Assembly: GCF_001194135.2 (NCBI RefSeq)
Contig: NC_068981.1
Location: 22,998,977 to 23,062,976, forward strand
DNA from: Octopus bimaculoides
Taxonomy: Eukaryota
Direction: 5' to 3'
Length of the DNA: 64,000 nt
Below are positions 1 through 12,180 of this stretch, piece by piece. How positions within the stretch are numbered: the first letter of the stretch is position 1; each line of letters opens with the position of its first letter. The notes under the pieces were generated by a model that worked only from the letters and a program-made list of their open reading frames with translations, made no database searches and was not told where the DNA came from. Position numbers and translations under genes: made by a program.

Positions 1-243
1 ATCGTATATGTGTGTGTGTGTATATGTTTGTGTGTCTGTGTTTGTCTCCCCCAACATCGCTTGACAACCAATGCTGGTGTGTTTATGTCCCTGTAACTTA
101 GCGGTTCGGCAAAAGAGACCGATAGAATAAGTACTGGGCTTCCAAAGAATAAGTCCTGGGGTCGATTTGCTTGACTAAAGGCGGTGCTCCAGCATGGCCG
201 CTGTCAAATGACTGAAACAAGTAAAAGAGTAAAAAGAGTAAAG
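1..243 (+). mobile_element. Family-A SINE, 3' half (runs off the window start)
   Basis: (TG)n centre, then gtttgtctccccccaacatcgcttgacaacc...gactgaaacaagtaaaagagt tail. Confidence 0.85.
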
Positions 244-858
244 AGTATATATATATATATATATATTATTATTATTATTATTATTATTATCATTATTATT
301 AAAGGGTGATGGATGGCAGAACCAGTATAGCACTGAACAAAATGTCTTGTGACTTAGTTATGTCACTTTAGGTACTGAGTTCAAATCCTGCCAAGATCAA
401 CATTACATTTCAGCTGAGAAGAGGGAGAGGGTTAATAAAAAAAATATTACTGGTCAGTAATGGGGTCTGTCTGAACAACTGCAAATATGGCCTTGTGTCT
501 ATATATTATTTTCGATTTGGAGAAAGGAACTACGTCTAAGGTCTTCATAGAATCCCTGAGACCTCAGCAGAATTTGAATTCAATACCGCTAAGTATTTAA
601 TGGTCCTACCAGATTGCAACCTTCTACCAGTTAAATATTAGGTTGATCTAATTAAAACTACATCCATTCACCAAAAACTGTATCACTGTTCCTGTGCAAG
701 AAATTATTGATAACATTGTTGTTGTTTCTTCGTAACCCTAGCCCAGATGATCATCGTCTATTTTCTCTCACAGCACTGTAATCCATTGTCAGAGAATATA
801 ACTTAGCTATAAGGGTAAAAAGACAGAAATGAAAATAATTATGTTGAGGATGTCTTAC

Positions 859-933
859 CGGTAATGATATGTAAGGCTGATGTGACAGGGTCATTGATAC
901 CAACTGTTGAATAGACAACTGTATCTGTAGAAC
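859..933 (-). CDS. CERK: Ceramide kinase coding exon, 75 nt
   Basis: tttctttcaAG/GTaaga boundaries. Translates (G)STDTVVYSTVGINDPVTSALHIIT(G). The PAGSTD motif separates CERK from sphingosine kinases (PxGSGN). The gene continues beyond position 1. Confidence 0.96.
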
Positions 934-1399
934 CTTGAAAGAAATGAATAAAAAAACACAGATTAAAGGGACAGCTGAACTTCAAATATTTCTTATGATA
1001 AGATAAGTAAGCTTAAAAAATAATAAATTTATCAGTTGCAGGTATGGCTGTGTGGTTAAGCAGCTCAATTTGCAACCATGTGGTTCTGGATTCAATCACA
1101 CTGTGTGGCACCTTGGGCAAGTGTCTAATACAGTCCTGGGCTATAGTAGAAGACACTTGTGAGTGAATTTAATAGTAGGGAAACTGTGTGGAAGCCAGTC
1201 GTATGTGTGTGTATGTGTGTGTGTTATGCATTCCCCACCACTACTACTTGACAAACAATGTTGGTTTGTTTACATCCCCATAACTTAGTGGCTCAGCAAA
1301 AAGACACTTGAAAGTAAGTAGAGGTTAATCAGTTTTACTAAACGCCTCAAAGACACCCATTTAGATTCGTGATAACATGGATCTGCACTGCTTGTAACT

Positions 1400-1545
1400 A
1401 TAGAGTCAGCCAACCAGAACAATGATGCCTCCACTGGCTGGGCCATGTACACTCAATGACAGATGGGAGGATCCCAAAAGACCTGCTGTATGATGAACTG
1501 GCTTCCAACAAGAGAACCACATCTCTATTTCAAAATGCTTAAGAG
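1400..1545 (+). mobile_element. RTE-like LINE ORF2 C-terminal remnant
   Basis: LHWLGHVHSMTDGRIPKDLLYDELASNKRT matches the RLRWLGHVxRMxDGRIPKxLLYGEL motif. Confidence 0.8.
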
Positions 1546-3057
1546 AGGGAGAGAGAGAGAGAGAAAGAAAGAAGAAGTTTCTTTCTAAGAAAATTGCAAA
1601 GTGGGAAGACATTGCTGAATATTGCTCTCACTGGAAACTGGAATTAGACAAAGGTTCAAAAAGATTAGAGGAAGGGGGCTGAGCCTTGCTGGTGAAAACA
1701 TTACCAGGACAAGACTGGCAGACAGCACTTCAAGTGCAGTCACTCACATGAGCATCTCTTACCATTATTATTACTATAATTATATATATAGGTATAGGCA
1801 AGGCTAGGATAAGAAGTTTGCTTCCCAACCACATGGTTCTGGGTTCAGTTCCACTGTGTGGCACCTTTGGCAAGTGTCTTCTACTCTAGTCTTGGGCCGA
1901 CCAAAGCCTTGTGGGTGGATTTGGTAGATGAAAACTGGAAGAGGCTGGTTATATATATATAAGTGTGTTTTTGTGTCTGCATTTGTCCCTCATCTGGTAC
2001 GTGTGTGTTTAAGTCACCATAACATAGTAGTTTGGCAAGAGATCGATGGAATAAGTACCAGGGTTATTCGTTTAACTAAAATGCTTCAAGGTGGTGTCCC
2101 AGCATTCCCACAGTTTAATGATTGAAACAAAAGATAAATATTTATAATACTGACTCACAGAGGCAATGACTGAAACCTTTGGTATTATGTCTCGTGCTTG
2201 AGAAGAAGACCCATCAAACCATGAAATCACAGTCATGGCAGATACTGGTGTCACGTAAATTGGCACCCATGTCAGTGGCACATAAAAACACCCTGGTATC
2301 ACACAAATGGCACGTAAAAGCACCCATTACACTCTTGGAGTGGTTGACATAAGAAGGGCATCCAGCTATAGAAAACCATGCCATATCAGACTGGAGTCTG
2401 GTGCAGCCTTCCAGAGTGCCAGCCCAGTCAAACTGTTCAACCCATGCCAGCATGGACAACGGACGTTAAATGACGATGATGATGTAATATTTAGAAGTTG
2501 TTGTTTAGCTCTTACTGAGCATTTGTTTGGCAAGTATTTAATGACATTCTCCAATGTGTGTAAGTTTGCAATATTTTTCATGACATTAAAATATGACTTT
2601 AAGGAAGCTTGGTTGCTATTTTAGCAATTCAGGTGACCATGTAAAGGCCCCTTTACTGGCTACAGTAGTTATGGCATAGAAAGAAGGTGTCACATTGCCA
2701 AAGACAAGATTCAATCAAGCCATGTTTCTGGCAAACACATTCTGTTAATTCCATTTGATTTTCCATAATTACAAAGAAAAAACATTGGAATCCAAGAAAA
2801 AGTTGAGGTTTGGCAAACATAAACAAAGGTTCTTTTTCTTCTTTCTGTTAAAGAATGTGAAGAAAACATTCCAAATGAGAGATATCAATAGTCTCAGACA
2901 AATCAGAGACGAGTCCAATAAGAAGTAAAAAGAATGCAGCATTATGGATTAATGTTGTTTTCTACTCCAATCTTTTTCAATGTTAATTAACCAACTCTTA
3001 TATCAATATTGTTTTACTGTAGAGGAATTGTATTTATAATATGTTACAAATGTGTAG

Positions 3058-3280
3058 GGTGGAGGGACGTAGCTTAGTGGTTAGGGTGTTGAACTGATGC
3101 TTGTAAGCTTGTGGTTTCAATTCCTGCTCTAGGTGATGCGTTGTGTTCTTGAGCTAAACACTTCATTTCAGTTGCTCCAGTCCACTCAGCTGGTAAAAAT
3201 GAGTAATGCTGCGATGGACTGGTGTACTGTCCAGGGAGGAATATATACATCAAAGGAACTGGGAAATTGGCCCTATGCTC
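3058..3280 (+). mobile_element. tRNA-derived SINE, head E + tail 2
   Basis: A-box tagcttagtgg, B-box ggtttcaattcc, core ttgtgttcttgagctaaacacttcatttc...tccactcagctgg, then ctgcgatggactgg...tccaggg. Confidence 0.75.
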
Positions 3281-3838
3281 CTTAAGGAATAATATCGACT
3301 AACCATACAAAACAGTTACAAAAGTCCAGTGCAGGCTTCTGCCTGGCCGGCTGTTGTCAAACTGTCCCACCCATGCCAGCATGGAAGGCGGATGTTAAAT
3401 GATGATGATGATGATATGGGAACACGTCTGAAGTCTTAGGACATCTGCTTCAGCAAATTCCACCTGACCAATGCAAGCATGGAAAAGTGGATATTAAAAC
3501 AATGACGATGATGGTTTTATAAATATGGAACTTCAAGATTCACCATAGAAGCTTATTTAGCCTGAAGGTTTAAATAAACCACAATTGAAATTTGAAGTCT
3601 CTAAATTTCACTTCTGCTAGTAGGATTGAGTCTTTATTCATCATTGTAACTTGATCTTTTTATTTTTTTCTTAAAATTCTGTATTACAATCTATGTCATT
3701 ATCATCACTTTTACTCGTTTTTTCATGCTTGCAAATCAGAAAATGTTTTATTGTTTTCTTTTAATTTTCACTGATTGAGAACACTAAATATGACATTCTC
3801 ATACATCTTATACATATACATATTTGTATATACATTTG

Positions 3839-4151
3839 TGTGGAGGCGCAATGGCCCAGTGGTTAGGGCAGCGGACTCGCGGACGGAGGATCGTGGTTTC
3901 GATTCCCAGACCAGGCGTTGTATTTATTGAGCGAAAACACCTAAGCTCCATGAGGCTCCGGCAAGGGGTGGTGATGACCCCTGTTGTACTCTTTCGCCCC
4001 CAACTTTCTCTCACTCTTTCTTCCTCTTTCTCGAGTAACACTGCGATGGACTGGCATCCCGTCCAGCTGGGGGGAACACATACGCCATAGAAACCGGGAA
4101 ACCGGGCCCATGAGCCTGGCTAGGCTTTGAAAGGGCGACGTTTATCGTTTT
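3839..4151 (+). mobile_element. tRNA-derived SINE, head C + tail 2
   Basis: A-box tggcccagtgg and B-box ggtttcgattcc. 12-bp TSD tatatacatttg at 3827-3838 and 4152-4163. Confidence 0.9.
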
Positions 4152-4239
4152 TATATACATTTGCAAAATTTATCAGGTTCAATTAGTGAGTGACTACAGC
4201 TGGTAAATCCAAAATCCAGACAGAAGAGGAATCAGACAT

Positions 4240-4490
4240 AGCGTGCAAAGAAGGAGGCTGCATTGATGGGTGATGTGTGTGGAGGATAACAGTTGCATAA
4301 AAAAAGTGAAGTGCCTAGTGATTCATGTGGAAGGAACCCTGCGGAAGAAGAGGTAGTGGATGCTTATCTCAAGAGGCTGTCTCATGAAAGAGATGATGAC
4401 AAGAGGCTGCAACAAGTGACAAAACAGTGTGATAGTGAAAACCCAGCCAACCTAGGCAAGTTTTTAAAGGAAAAAGAACGTGTGTGAATA
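4240..4490 (+). mobile_element. Decayed RTE-like LINE 3' end
   Basis: VQRRRLH*W...EDNSCIKK followed by a degenerate GRP-like region; frameshifted. Confidence 0.5.
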
Positions 4491-5487
4491 TAAATGTGGT
4501 GATGGTAATGAGGGTATGGTTGTATTCATAAATAGGGATTCAAAGATTCAAGAAAGAAAGGAAACTAAATTATGATGACGAGGAAGGTTTTCTGTGTCAT
4601 AAATACATTAATGAATAATGAATAAAGATATCAAAACTGTAAAATAGATGAAATAGAATAACAAAAAAAAAAAAAAAACTATACAAATAAATAACTCACA
4701 CTGACACACATTAAATATTTTCTCTAAATAAAGAAAATGGGGGAAAATATGCAACTGAGAGAGAGAGGGGGGAGATAGGGAGAAATNNNNNNNNNNTGCA
4801 ACTGAGAGAGAGAGGGGGGAGATAGGGAGAAATGGGAGAGAGAGGAGGCGAGAGAGAAAGGGAAAGGGAGAGAGAGAGGGGGAGGGATGGGTGAGGGTTT
4901 TTTTTGCTATTTATACCTCTTTAGAAATGTATGACAAAGAAAGTGCACTACTCAACACACATACTGAAAAATGAGAGAAAAGGAAATAATGAGGAGTGGT
5001 AGAACAATGTGTTTACATAAAATAGATGGACTAGATGAAACTGTAGAGAGAGAGAGAGAGAGAAGGGGGAAGGATAAAATTGCTACAGCTGGGTGGGTGT
5101 GGCACAAAGAAACAGCATTGCAGAAGGTGGATTCTGCCAACAAGGCTTCCATAATCATACATGATATGAATGGAGGTGTAAGACATTGAAGATGCTATTC
5201 CAAGTTGTCGTTATTTCACAACACATCTATTTTCCAAATTTCCTATTCATTTTTCATTTTTTCTTTTTATAGTTGAATATGAGAAAAGACCATGGTACCT
5301 CTGTAACAGAAGAACTGTGCAATGGTGAAAGTAGTCATTGGTCATTTGGTAACATATTGGCAATACAAAAATGCAAAAGAATGTTTTGTTATTTACAGTC
5401 TGTAGGGAGGGAGCTGCAAAACATCAGGCACACTACCTCTCCTCTTCTGTCTAACTTAGAACAACGCAAACATCACAACATGATATA

Positions 5488-6075
5488 TTGTTGTTGGCAC
5501 TCCGTTGCTTACGACGTCGAGGGTTCCAGTCGATCCGATCAACGGAACAGCCTGCTCGTGAAATTAACGTGGAAGTGGCTGAGCAATCCACAGACATGTG
5601 TACCCTTAATGTAGTTCTCGGGGGAGATTCAGCGTGACAAGGCTGGCCCTTTGAAATACAGGTACAACAGAAACAGAAAGTAAGAGTGAGAGAAAGTTGT
5701 GGTGAAAGAGTACAGCAAGGTTCGCCACCATCCCCTGCCGGAGCCTCGTGGAGCTTTAGGTGTTTTCGCTCAATAAACACTCACAACGCCCAGTCTGGGA
5801 ATCGAAACCGCGATCCTATGACCGCGAGTCTGCTGCCCTAACCACTAGGCCATTGCGCCTCCACGACANNNNNNNNNNNNNNNNNNNNNNNNNNNNNNNN
5901 NNNNNNNNNNNGTGAAAGAGTACAGCAAGGTTCGCCACCATCCTCTGCCGGAGTCTCGTGGAGCTTTAGGTGTTTTCGCTCAATAAACACTCACAACGCC
6001 CAGTCTGGGAATCGAAACCGCGATCCTATGACCGCGAGTCTGCTGCCCTAACCACTAGGCCATTGCGCCTCCACG
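5488..6075 (-). mobile_element. tRNA-derived SINE, head C + tail 1 (partly duplicated across an N gap)
   Basis: Same head as 3839. 13-bp TSD acaacatgatata at 5475-5487 and 6076-6088, with a (caa)n tail. Confidence 0.88.
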
Positions 6076-6222
6076 ACAACATGATATAAAACCATTGTGA
6101 AAAGCTTTTCTTTTAACCTAAACCAACCACAGAATTGTCATATGTCTCCCAAATGTAACATGTTAAGTGACCAATATCAAAGAAAAGAAACTCATTTCAT
6201 CGGCTGGTTAGAGTGTACTGAC

Positions 6223-6368
6223 CTGCTGGAATGATGCCGATCCTTAAGTCTGGCTGTATAGGAGTTGTGTCACGACAGGGTTGTTCATTCCCATTGTCTT
6301 TCAGTGTTCTTATTAGCAATCCATTTAAAAGTTCTGTAAACATCCCATCACCACCCACACAGACAATC
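6223..6368 (-). CDS. CERK: Ceramide kinase coding exon (GGDG ATP-binding motif), 146 nt
   Basis: ttttttcAG/GTcagt boundaries. Translates IVCVGGDGMFTELLNGLLIRTLKDNGNEQPCRDTTPIQPDLRIGIIPA(G). Confidence 0.97.
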
Positions 6369-6479
6369 CTGAAAAAAATAACAAGATTTTCTTTGTCAGA
6401 AAGTACCGTGATATTCTATAAAAGTGCAACTTTACACATTAAAAAGTCATCCACACAATGAGAGTCCCTTGGAAACCAA

Positions 6480-6700
6480 TAAATTATACCCTCTCGCCAT
6501 CTCTTTCGTTGTTACTGTTCTAATGAGCAACAAAGTTGTGTGTTTCCCTAAATCACAACCTCCTGGTTTGCCCACACTTCTCTTCTTGTCGTACCCACCA
6601 TGTCTCAACTTTGAAACTTACACCAAAAATTTTGTCCAAACCGTTATTCCCAGAGCTGAAGCCTTCTGGAGCTCCATCCATGCCCACCTGCATCAATGAG
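6480..6700 (+). mobile_element. CR1-like LINE ORF2 C-terminal remnant
   Basis: SYPPCLNFETYTKNFVQTVIPRAEAFWSSI resembles HPxxVxIPxxRTxxYxNSFIPRTxxLWNSL. Confidence 0.45.
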
Positions 6701-7149
6701 AGAGTCTTTACATGATTGCTTGACCTGCAAAAAAATAGCAGCCAAATCTCCCTCAACTTATACCCGAACATCTTGTTAATGAAAAGACACATTAGATAAT
6801 GTAGTCTTAGATCACTATATCAAACTGAAAAATTACAGCTACAATGCATTACATTGCAAGGCTATTTTTCAAGCAGGGCTGACCAGGAGTTAAAGGGCAA
6901 CAGTTACATCACCAGTTAGGAAGGATCTATAAGGCTTGTGAGTTCAGCACCTCTTCCCCAGACTAATATATAAAAACATCTGTAAAGCTAAAGCCTTGGT
7001 AAAGGGTGCCAATGTACTTCACTGGATTTAAGAGAATAAAAGAAAAATCCACTACTCCCATGGTTTGGAAAGGGAGTTTTTTTCTTATTTATTAAGAATT
7101 CTTTCTGGTTACTAATACCTTTAATTTATTCAAGATCTCTCGACTCATC

Positions 7150-7532
7150 TCTTTATTCTTTTACTTGTTTCAGTCATTTGACTGCGGCCATGCTGGAGCA
7201 CCGCATTTAGTCAAGCAAATCGACCCCAGGACTTATTCTTTGTAAACCTAGTACTTATTCTATCAGTCTCTTATGCCGAACTGCTAAGTTACGGAGACGT
7301 AAACACACCACCATCAGCTGTCAAGCGATGTTGGGGGGACAAACACAGACACACACATATATAATATACGACAGGCTTCTTTCAGTTTCCGTCTACCAAA
7401 TCCACTCACAAGGCTTTGGTCAGCCCGAGGCTATAGTAGAAGACACTTGCCCAAGGTGCCACGCAGTGGGAATGAACCCGGAACCATGTGGTTGGTAAGC
7501 AAACTAATTACCACACAGCCACTCCTGCACCT
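7150..7532 (-). mobile_element. Family-A SINE, full length
   Basis: Head aggtgcaggagtggctgtgtggtaa...ggttccgggttcattcccac, core ggcaccttgggcaagtgtcttctac, central microsatellite and (aaaagagt)-type tail. Confidence 0.9.
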
Positions 7533-7732
7533 ATGGAGATTTTTTTTGTTCATCTCTCTCTCTCTCTCACACACACATAATCACACACTTCTGTCAGAAT
7601 CAACATTAGACATAATATTGGATAACTCTTTGTTTAGCAAATCAAAAATGAAAAACTATAACAGAAGCAATGGTGACGGCTAGAAATCATATATGTTTGC
7701 AGATAGACTTTCTCTTTTTCCTCTCTCTCACA

Positions 7733-7766
<34 letters not shown>

Positions 7767-7855
7767 AACACATTAAGTAAGATAAACAAGATGAAACCCA
7801 TCTACAGTAAAGTTAAACAAAAAACATATCTTTATTGATTTCTATGTCCACTTAC

Positions 7856-7919
7856 CCATCGTATTTGGCAAGATCAGCTTCTTGTAAGTAATCCAAGGCA
7901 TAGTTTGCCCTGTCTGTTG
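7856..7919 (-). CDS. CERK: Ceramide kinase coding exon, 64 nt
   Basis: ccttttacAG/GTaagt boundaries. Translates (T)TDRANYALDYLQEADLAKYD(G); phases match both neighbours. Confidence 0.95.
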
Positions 7920-9170
7920 CTGTAAAAGGAAAATAAAGTCAATGTATGTTCATGTGCTTATGTACATTTATATTACATTATACATAATATATATAAATTA
8001 GGGTATACTGGATGTATGTGTGTGTGTATGAGTGTAAATAGGGGAAAAGAATGCTGAGCAAAGCTGGCAGATACTTAAAATATGACTGTTAATTTACTCA
8101 GTAGAACTGTACTAAGTAAATTCAACCTGTTTAAATAGCCAAGTGAGTTTAACGATATTTTGATTAGTTCGCTGTAAAATTCCTTCACAAACAGTAGGCC
8201 ATATTACAAATAATCTAACGTGTACACGCAGAGACAGACAGACAGACATGCATAAAAAACGTAAAGAAAGATACAGACACAAAGAAATACACACACACAC
8301 ACTCACATACGCAAAAGTTTATTGCTGATTGGATGTCTTGCATTATTAATTGGAGAGGAAATTAAAGATATACAATTTGCAAGCAAGGTTTCATAACCAA
8401 TTAATGATGCCAAATCCTAATGGAAACAAAAGCAATATCTCCTTGGAATTTAATATTACATAATGGCTAGCATCCTTGACCAGCCAGAAGAAGTTATGGC
8501 CTTGCTGATTGGTCAATATTTTCTTGGTGCAGATGAAGAACTCAACTGAACTACTAGTTCAAACTGTCTTTCTTTTACTTGTTTCAGTCATTGGACTACG
8601 GCCATGCTGGTGCACCACCTTAAAGAGTTCAATTTTTAAAGCCTAGTACTTATTCTATCGGTCTCTTTTGCTGAATCACAAAGTTAAGTGGATGTAAACA
8701 AACCAACACTGGCTGTCAAGTGATCAGGGGAACAAACACAAAACACAAAGACACATGCTAGCATGGAAAGCGGACGCTAAACGACGATGATGACTCCTCA
8801 AAAAAGATGAAAGTCTAAGTTGAACGCAGCATGATTTGAACTTAAAATGTAAAGAGCCACAACAAACACCACAAGGCAATTTTCTTCCTCACATTCCAAT
8901 TTTGCCAATCCACCACTCTTCTATTATACAATAATAACCCTTTCTACTATAGACTCAAGGCCTGAAATTTTGTGGGAGGGGGTAGTCAATTACATCAACC
9001 CTAATTCTCAACCCTGAAAGGATGAAAGGTAAAGTCAACCTTGACAGAATCTAAACTCAGAACTTAAAGACGGATGAAATGCTGTGAAGCATTTTGCCCA
9101 GTGTATCAATGATTCTGCCAGCTCACCACCTTGTGTTAAACAACAATAATAAGAATTAATGATGTCATTA

Positions 9171-9541
9171 CACTCCGTCGCTTACGACGTCATGGGTTCC
9201 AGTTGATCCAATCAATGGAACAGCTTGCTTGTGAAATTAACATGCAAGTGGCTGAGCACTCCACAGACGTGTACCCTTAACGTAGTTCTCGGGGATATTC
9301 AGCGTGACACAGTGTGACAACGCTGACCCTTTGAAATACAGGTACAACAGAAACAGAAAGTAAGAGTGACAGAAAGTTGTGGTGAAAGAGTACAGCAGGG
9401 TTCGCCACCATCCCCTGCCGGAGCCTCGTGGAGCTTTAGGTGTTTTCGCTCAAACACTCACAACGCCCAGTCTGGGAATTGAAATCGCGATCCTATGACT
9501 GCGAGTCCACTGCCCTAACCACTGGGCCATTGCGCCTCCAC
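9171..9541 (-). mobile_element. tRNA-derived SINE, head C + tail 1
   Basis: Collinear with the 5488 copy. TSD tgatgtcatta/tgatgttgtta at 9160-9170 and 9542-9552. Confidence 0.88.
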
Positions 9542-9611
9542 TGATGTTGTTATCAAAACGAAGAGATAAAATTATAAATTTTACAGAAAAATATATGAAT
9601 TGCCAACTTAC

Positions 9612-9740
9612 TGATAGAATGCACGATAATGTCAGCTAAATCAAACAGTGGAACCACCTTCTCTGCATAAATTTTGGGTCCCTTTTTCTTGCCACCAACA
9701 GGATTGATGAAGACAAGGAGACTCTTGGGCCGACGGAATT
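9612..9740 (-). CDS. CERK: Ceramide kinase coding exon (start of DAGK-like catalytic domain), 129 nt
   Basis: cttttatAG/GTaagt boundaries. Translates (K)FRRPKSLLVFINPVGGKKKGPKIYAEKVVPLFDLADIIVHSI, the RPKxLLVFINPxGG motif of CERK/sphingosine kinases. Confidence 0.96.
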
Positions 9741-12148
9741 CTATAAAAGAAATAAAAATAAAAAGTGAAAATTAGTTCCCAAGAGGAAATTTAAGTAACT
9801 GTCAACATCATGAAAACCTACACTGTACTCAGCCTTCTGGGATTGACAAAATAAAGTGTATGGCATGTAAAAAGCACCATTCGAGCATGGTCAATGCCAG
9901 TACCACCTGACTGGCCCCCGTGCCAGTGGCACAAAAAAAAAAGCACCCACTACACTCTCAGAGTGGTTGGCATTAGGAACAGCATCCAGCTGTGTAAACT
10001 TTGCCAGATCAGACTGAAGCCTGGTGCAGCCTCCTGGTTTGCCAGTCCTCAGTCAAACCGTCCAACCCATGCCAGCAGGGAAAGCGAACGTTAAATGATG
10101 ATGATGATAATGATGATATATACACACACACATACAAGTATGTGTGTGATTTTTTTAATGATGTGTAACATCAAAAGATGATATTGAGAAAATTGATTAA
10201 CTGGTGCTTTTGAACCAAAATTTTTTGTTTGATATTTATCTCAAATACGTTACAGGCACTCCCTTGTCACTTTTACCATTGCAAATGCAGTGAACCAAGG
10301 ATTAACCCAATGGAACCTGTATCCAATCTAAAGAAAGGCAAAAGCATCACTTTCCCCAGAGAAATATGAACTCAGAATGGTGTGAGATGAGTGCATACAA
10401 AATGAATGAATCATCATTTAAAATTCGTTTTCCATGCTGGCATGGGTTGGACAGTTTGACAGTTTGGGCATGTTTTCTACAGTTAGATGCCCTTCTTTAT
10501 GTCAACTACTTTACAATGTGTACTGGGTGCTTTTATGATTAATGGAATAAAATTCTCGACCCAACTAATGAAAAGCTAAATAAATAAATGAAAACTTAAA
10601 AAAAAAACTACCTCATTAAAAGTTCAACTTAACACAACTTATCAGAAGTCACGTAAAGATAACAAGAGGAAGTTATCATAAATAATGAGTTACGTGAACT
10701 CTTACAAATATGACACACAAGAATAAGGCCTCAGCTTTTTATAACAGACCAAAACACCAAGAACAGTTATTCCAGTTACCCAGGATATATAAGAGAAAGA
10801 TAAATGAAATTCTAAGATGTTCAGGTTTTGTTCCAAAAGAAGTGATGTGAACTGAAAGCATCTGGGAATTGGAAAGACGAGATGCTGACCTCTGCTCTCT
10901 TAACATTATATTCATATGTATGGAATGGATATTTATAGACATAACTGTAATCTCTTGATACATTGATATCAATATCTTGTTCTCTCATTACTCCTGACAA
11001 AAACTGCAGACTGCACACACACACACACACGAATATACACACTCACATAATGTATGTATGTATATTGCATGTACATCACTAATTTGAAGTTTCATGGCAA
11101 ATACAGTTGAGAGTAATTAAGTGCAAGTTATAAATGGATCAACAGTAGCTAGAGTAAGTTAAGGCTGATGAAAGAGAGAAGTCTTGATGAAACTGAGATA
11201 GTTAAGAAATATTTCAGTTGTCAGGATTGTTTCATGTTTTTCTATCTTTTTCAATTTTCTTTTTTTTTTTTTATTTCCATAATCATGACTAATCAGCCAG
11301 GCTTCACTTATCTAAATATTCAGATGCCATACACATGAAATAACAAAAACGTCAACAAAAAAGAAAGTTAAGTTAGTGTTAACATATTTGATGCAGGAAG
11401 CATTATAACTCTGGCTGAAAACCTACCTTCTTGTAATTTACTCAATGATTCACTCTCTAACTACAGTTTTAGTCAGTTTCGGGAAGTCTACACTTGACTG
11501 AGAAAGTTTTAATAACCAAAACATATCCACTGTTGTCTCACATACATAGCAAAATAATTAAAATCATATTAGTTCATGAGTAATATTGGTTTTATTTTCC
11601 CTCACCGTTATGCTTTCTAGTTAGTTTTTTTAGCACTCACCATGCCTCTCTCTCTCTGTATTAAATATGTTAACACTAATTACTGAGAATTTTTAATGTG
11701 TATTAAGGTAAATTGATTAGGTTTTCATTAGCTGACACTGTGAGATTTTAGATTAATATAAACAAATGCCTATTGAAATTTCAATTAATAACAACTGCTA
11801 TTTTTAATTAACAATTAATTCAATACATACGCACATATATTATGGACTCTCTTTAAAGAATTCTCCTGTCATAAACAACAGATGATGATTCCACATCTTG
11901 CTAAACTACCTGCACAAACGATTTGTTTATAGTGATTAGATGTTTGTGTAGTATGTTAGCTCACTTCCTTCTATCAAATTGACATCAGTGATACAGGTGC
12001 TCAGTGTGCAACATATCACTGTGATTGCAGAGCAACATGAAAGGAAGTATTTTGCACACTGCTTGATCCACGAATCAAAACCACAATCTTATGATCATGA
12101 GTATAACATGATCACAAGATCATGGCCAAACACCTTCACTACGCACGC

Positions 12149-12180
<32 letters not shown>

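Noticed and set aside
3839-3915. tRNA-like A/B boxes as genuine tRNA genes (all SINE heads)
   Set aside because: They continue into shared SINE bodies bounded by TSDs and lack a complete cloverleaf 3' acceptor arm.
4750-4833. Direct repeat tgcaactgagagagagaggggggagatagggagaaat on both sides of a 10-N gap
   Set aside because: Typical contig-overlap artefact.
5702-6078. Apparent 167-bp tandem duplication of a SINE head (5702-5868 and 5912-6078)
   Set aside because: The copies flank a 43-N gap, differ at only about two sites and share one TSD pair. Most likely an unmerged allelic overlap in the assembly.
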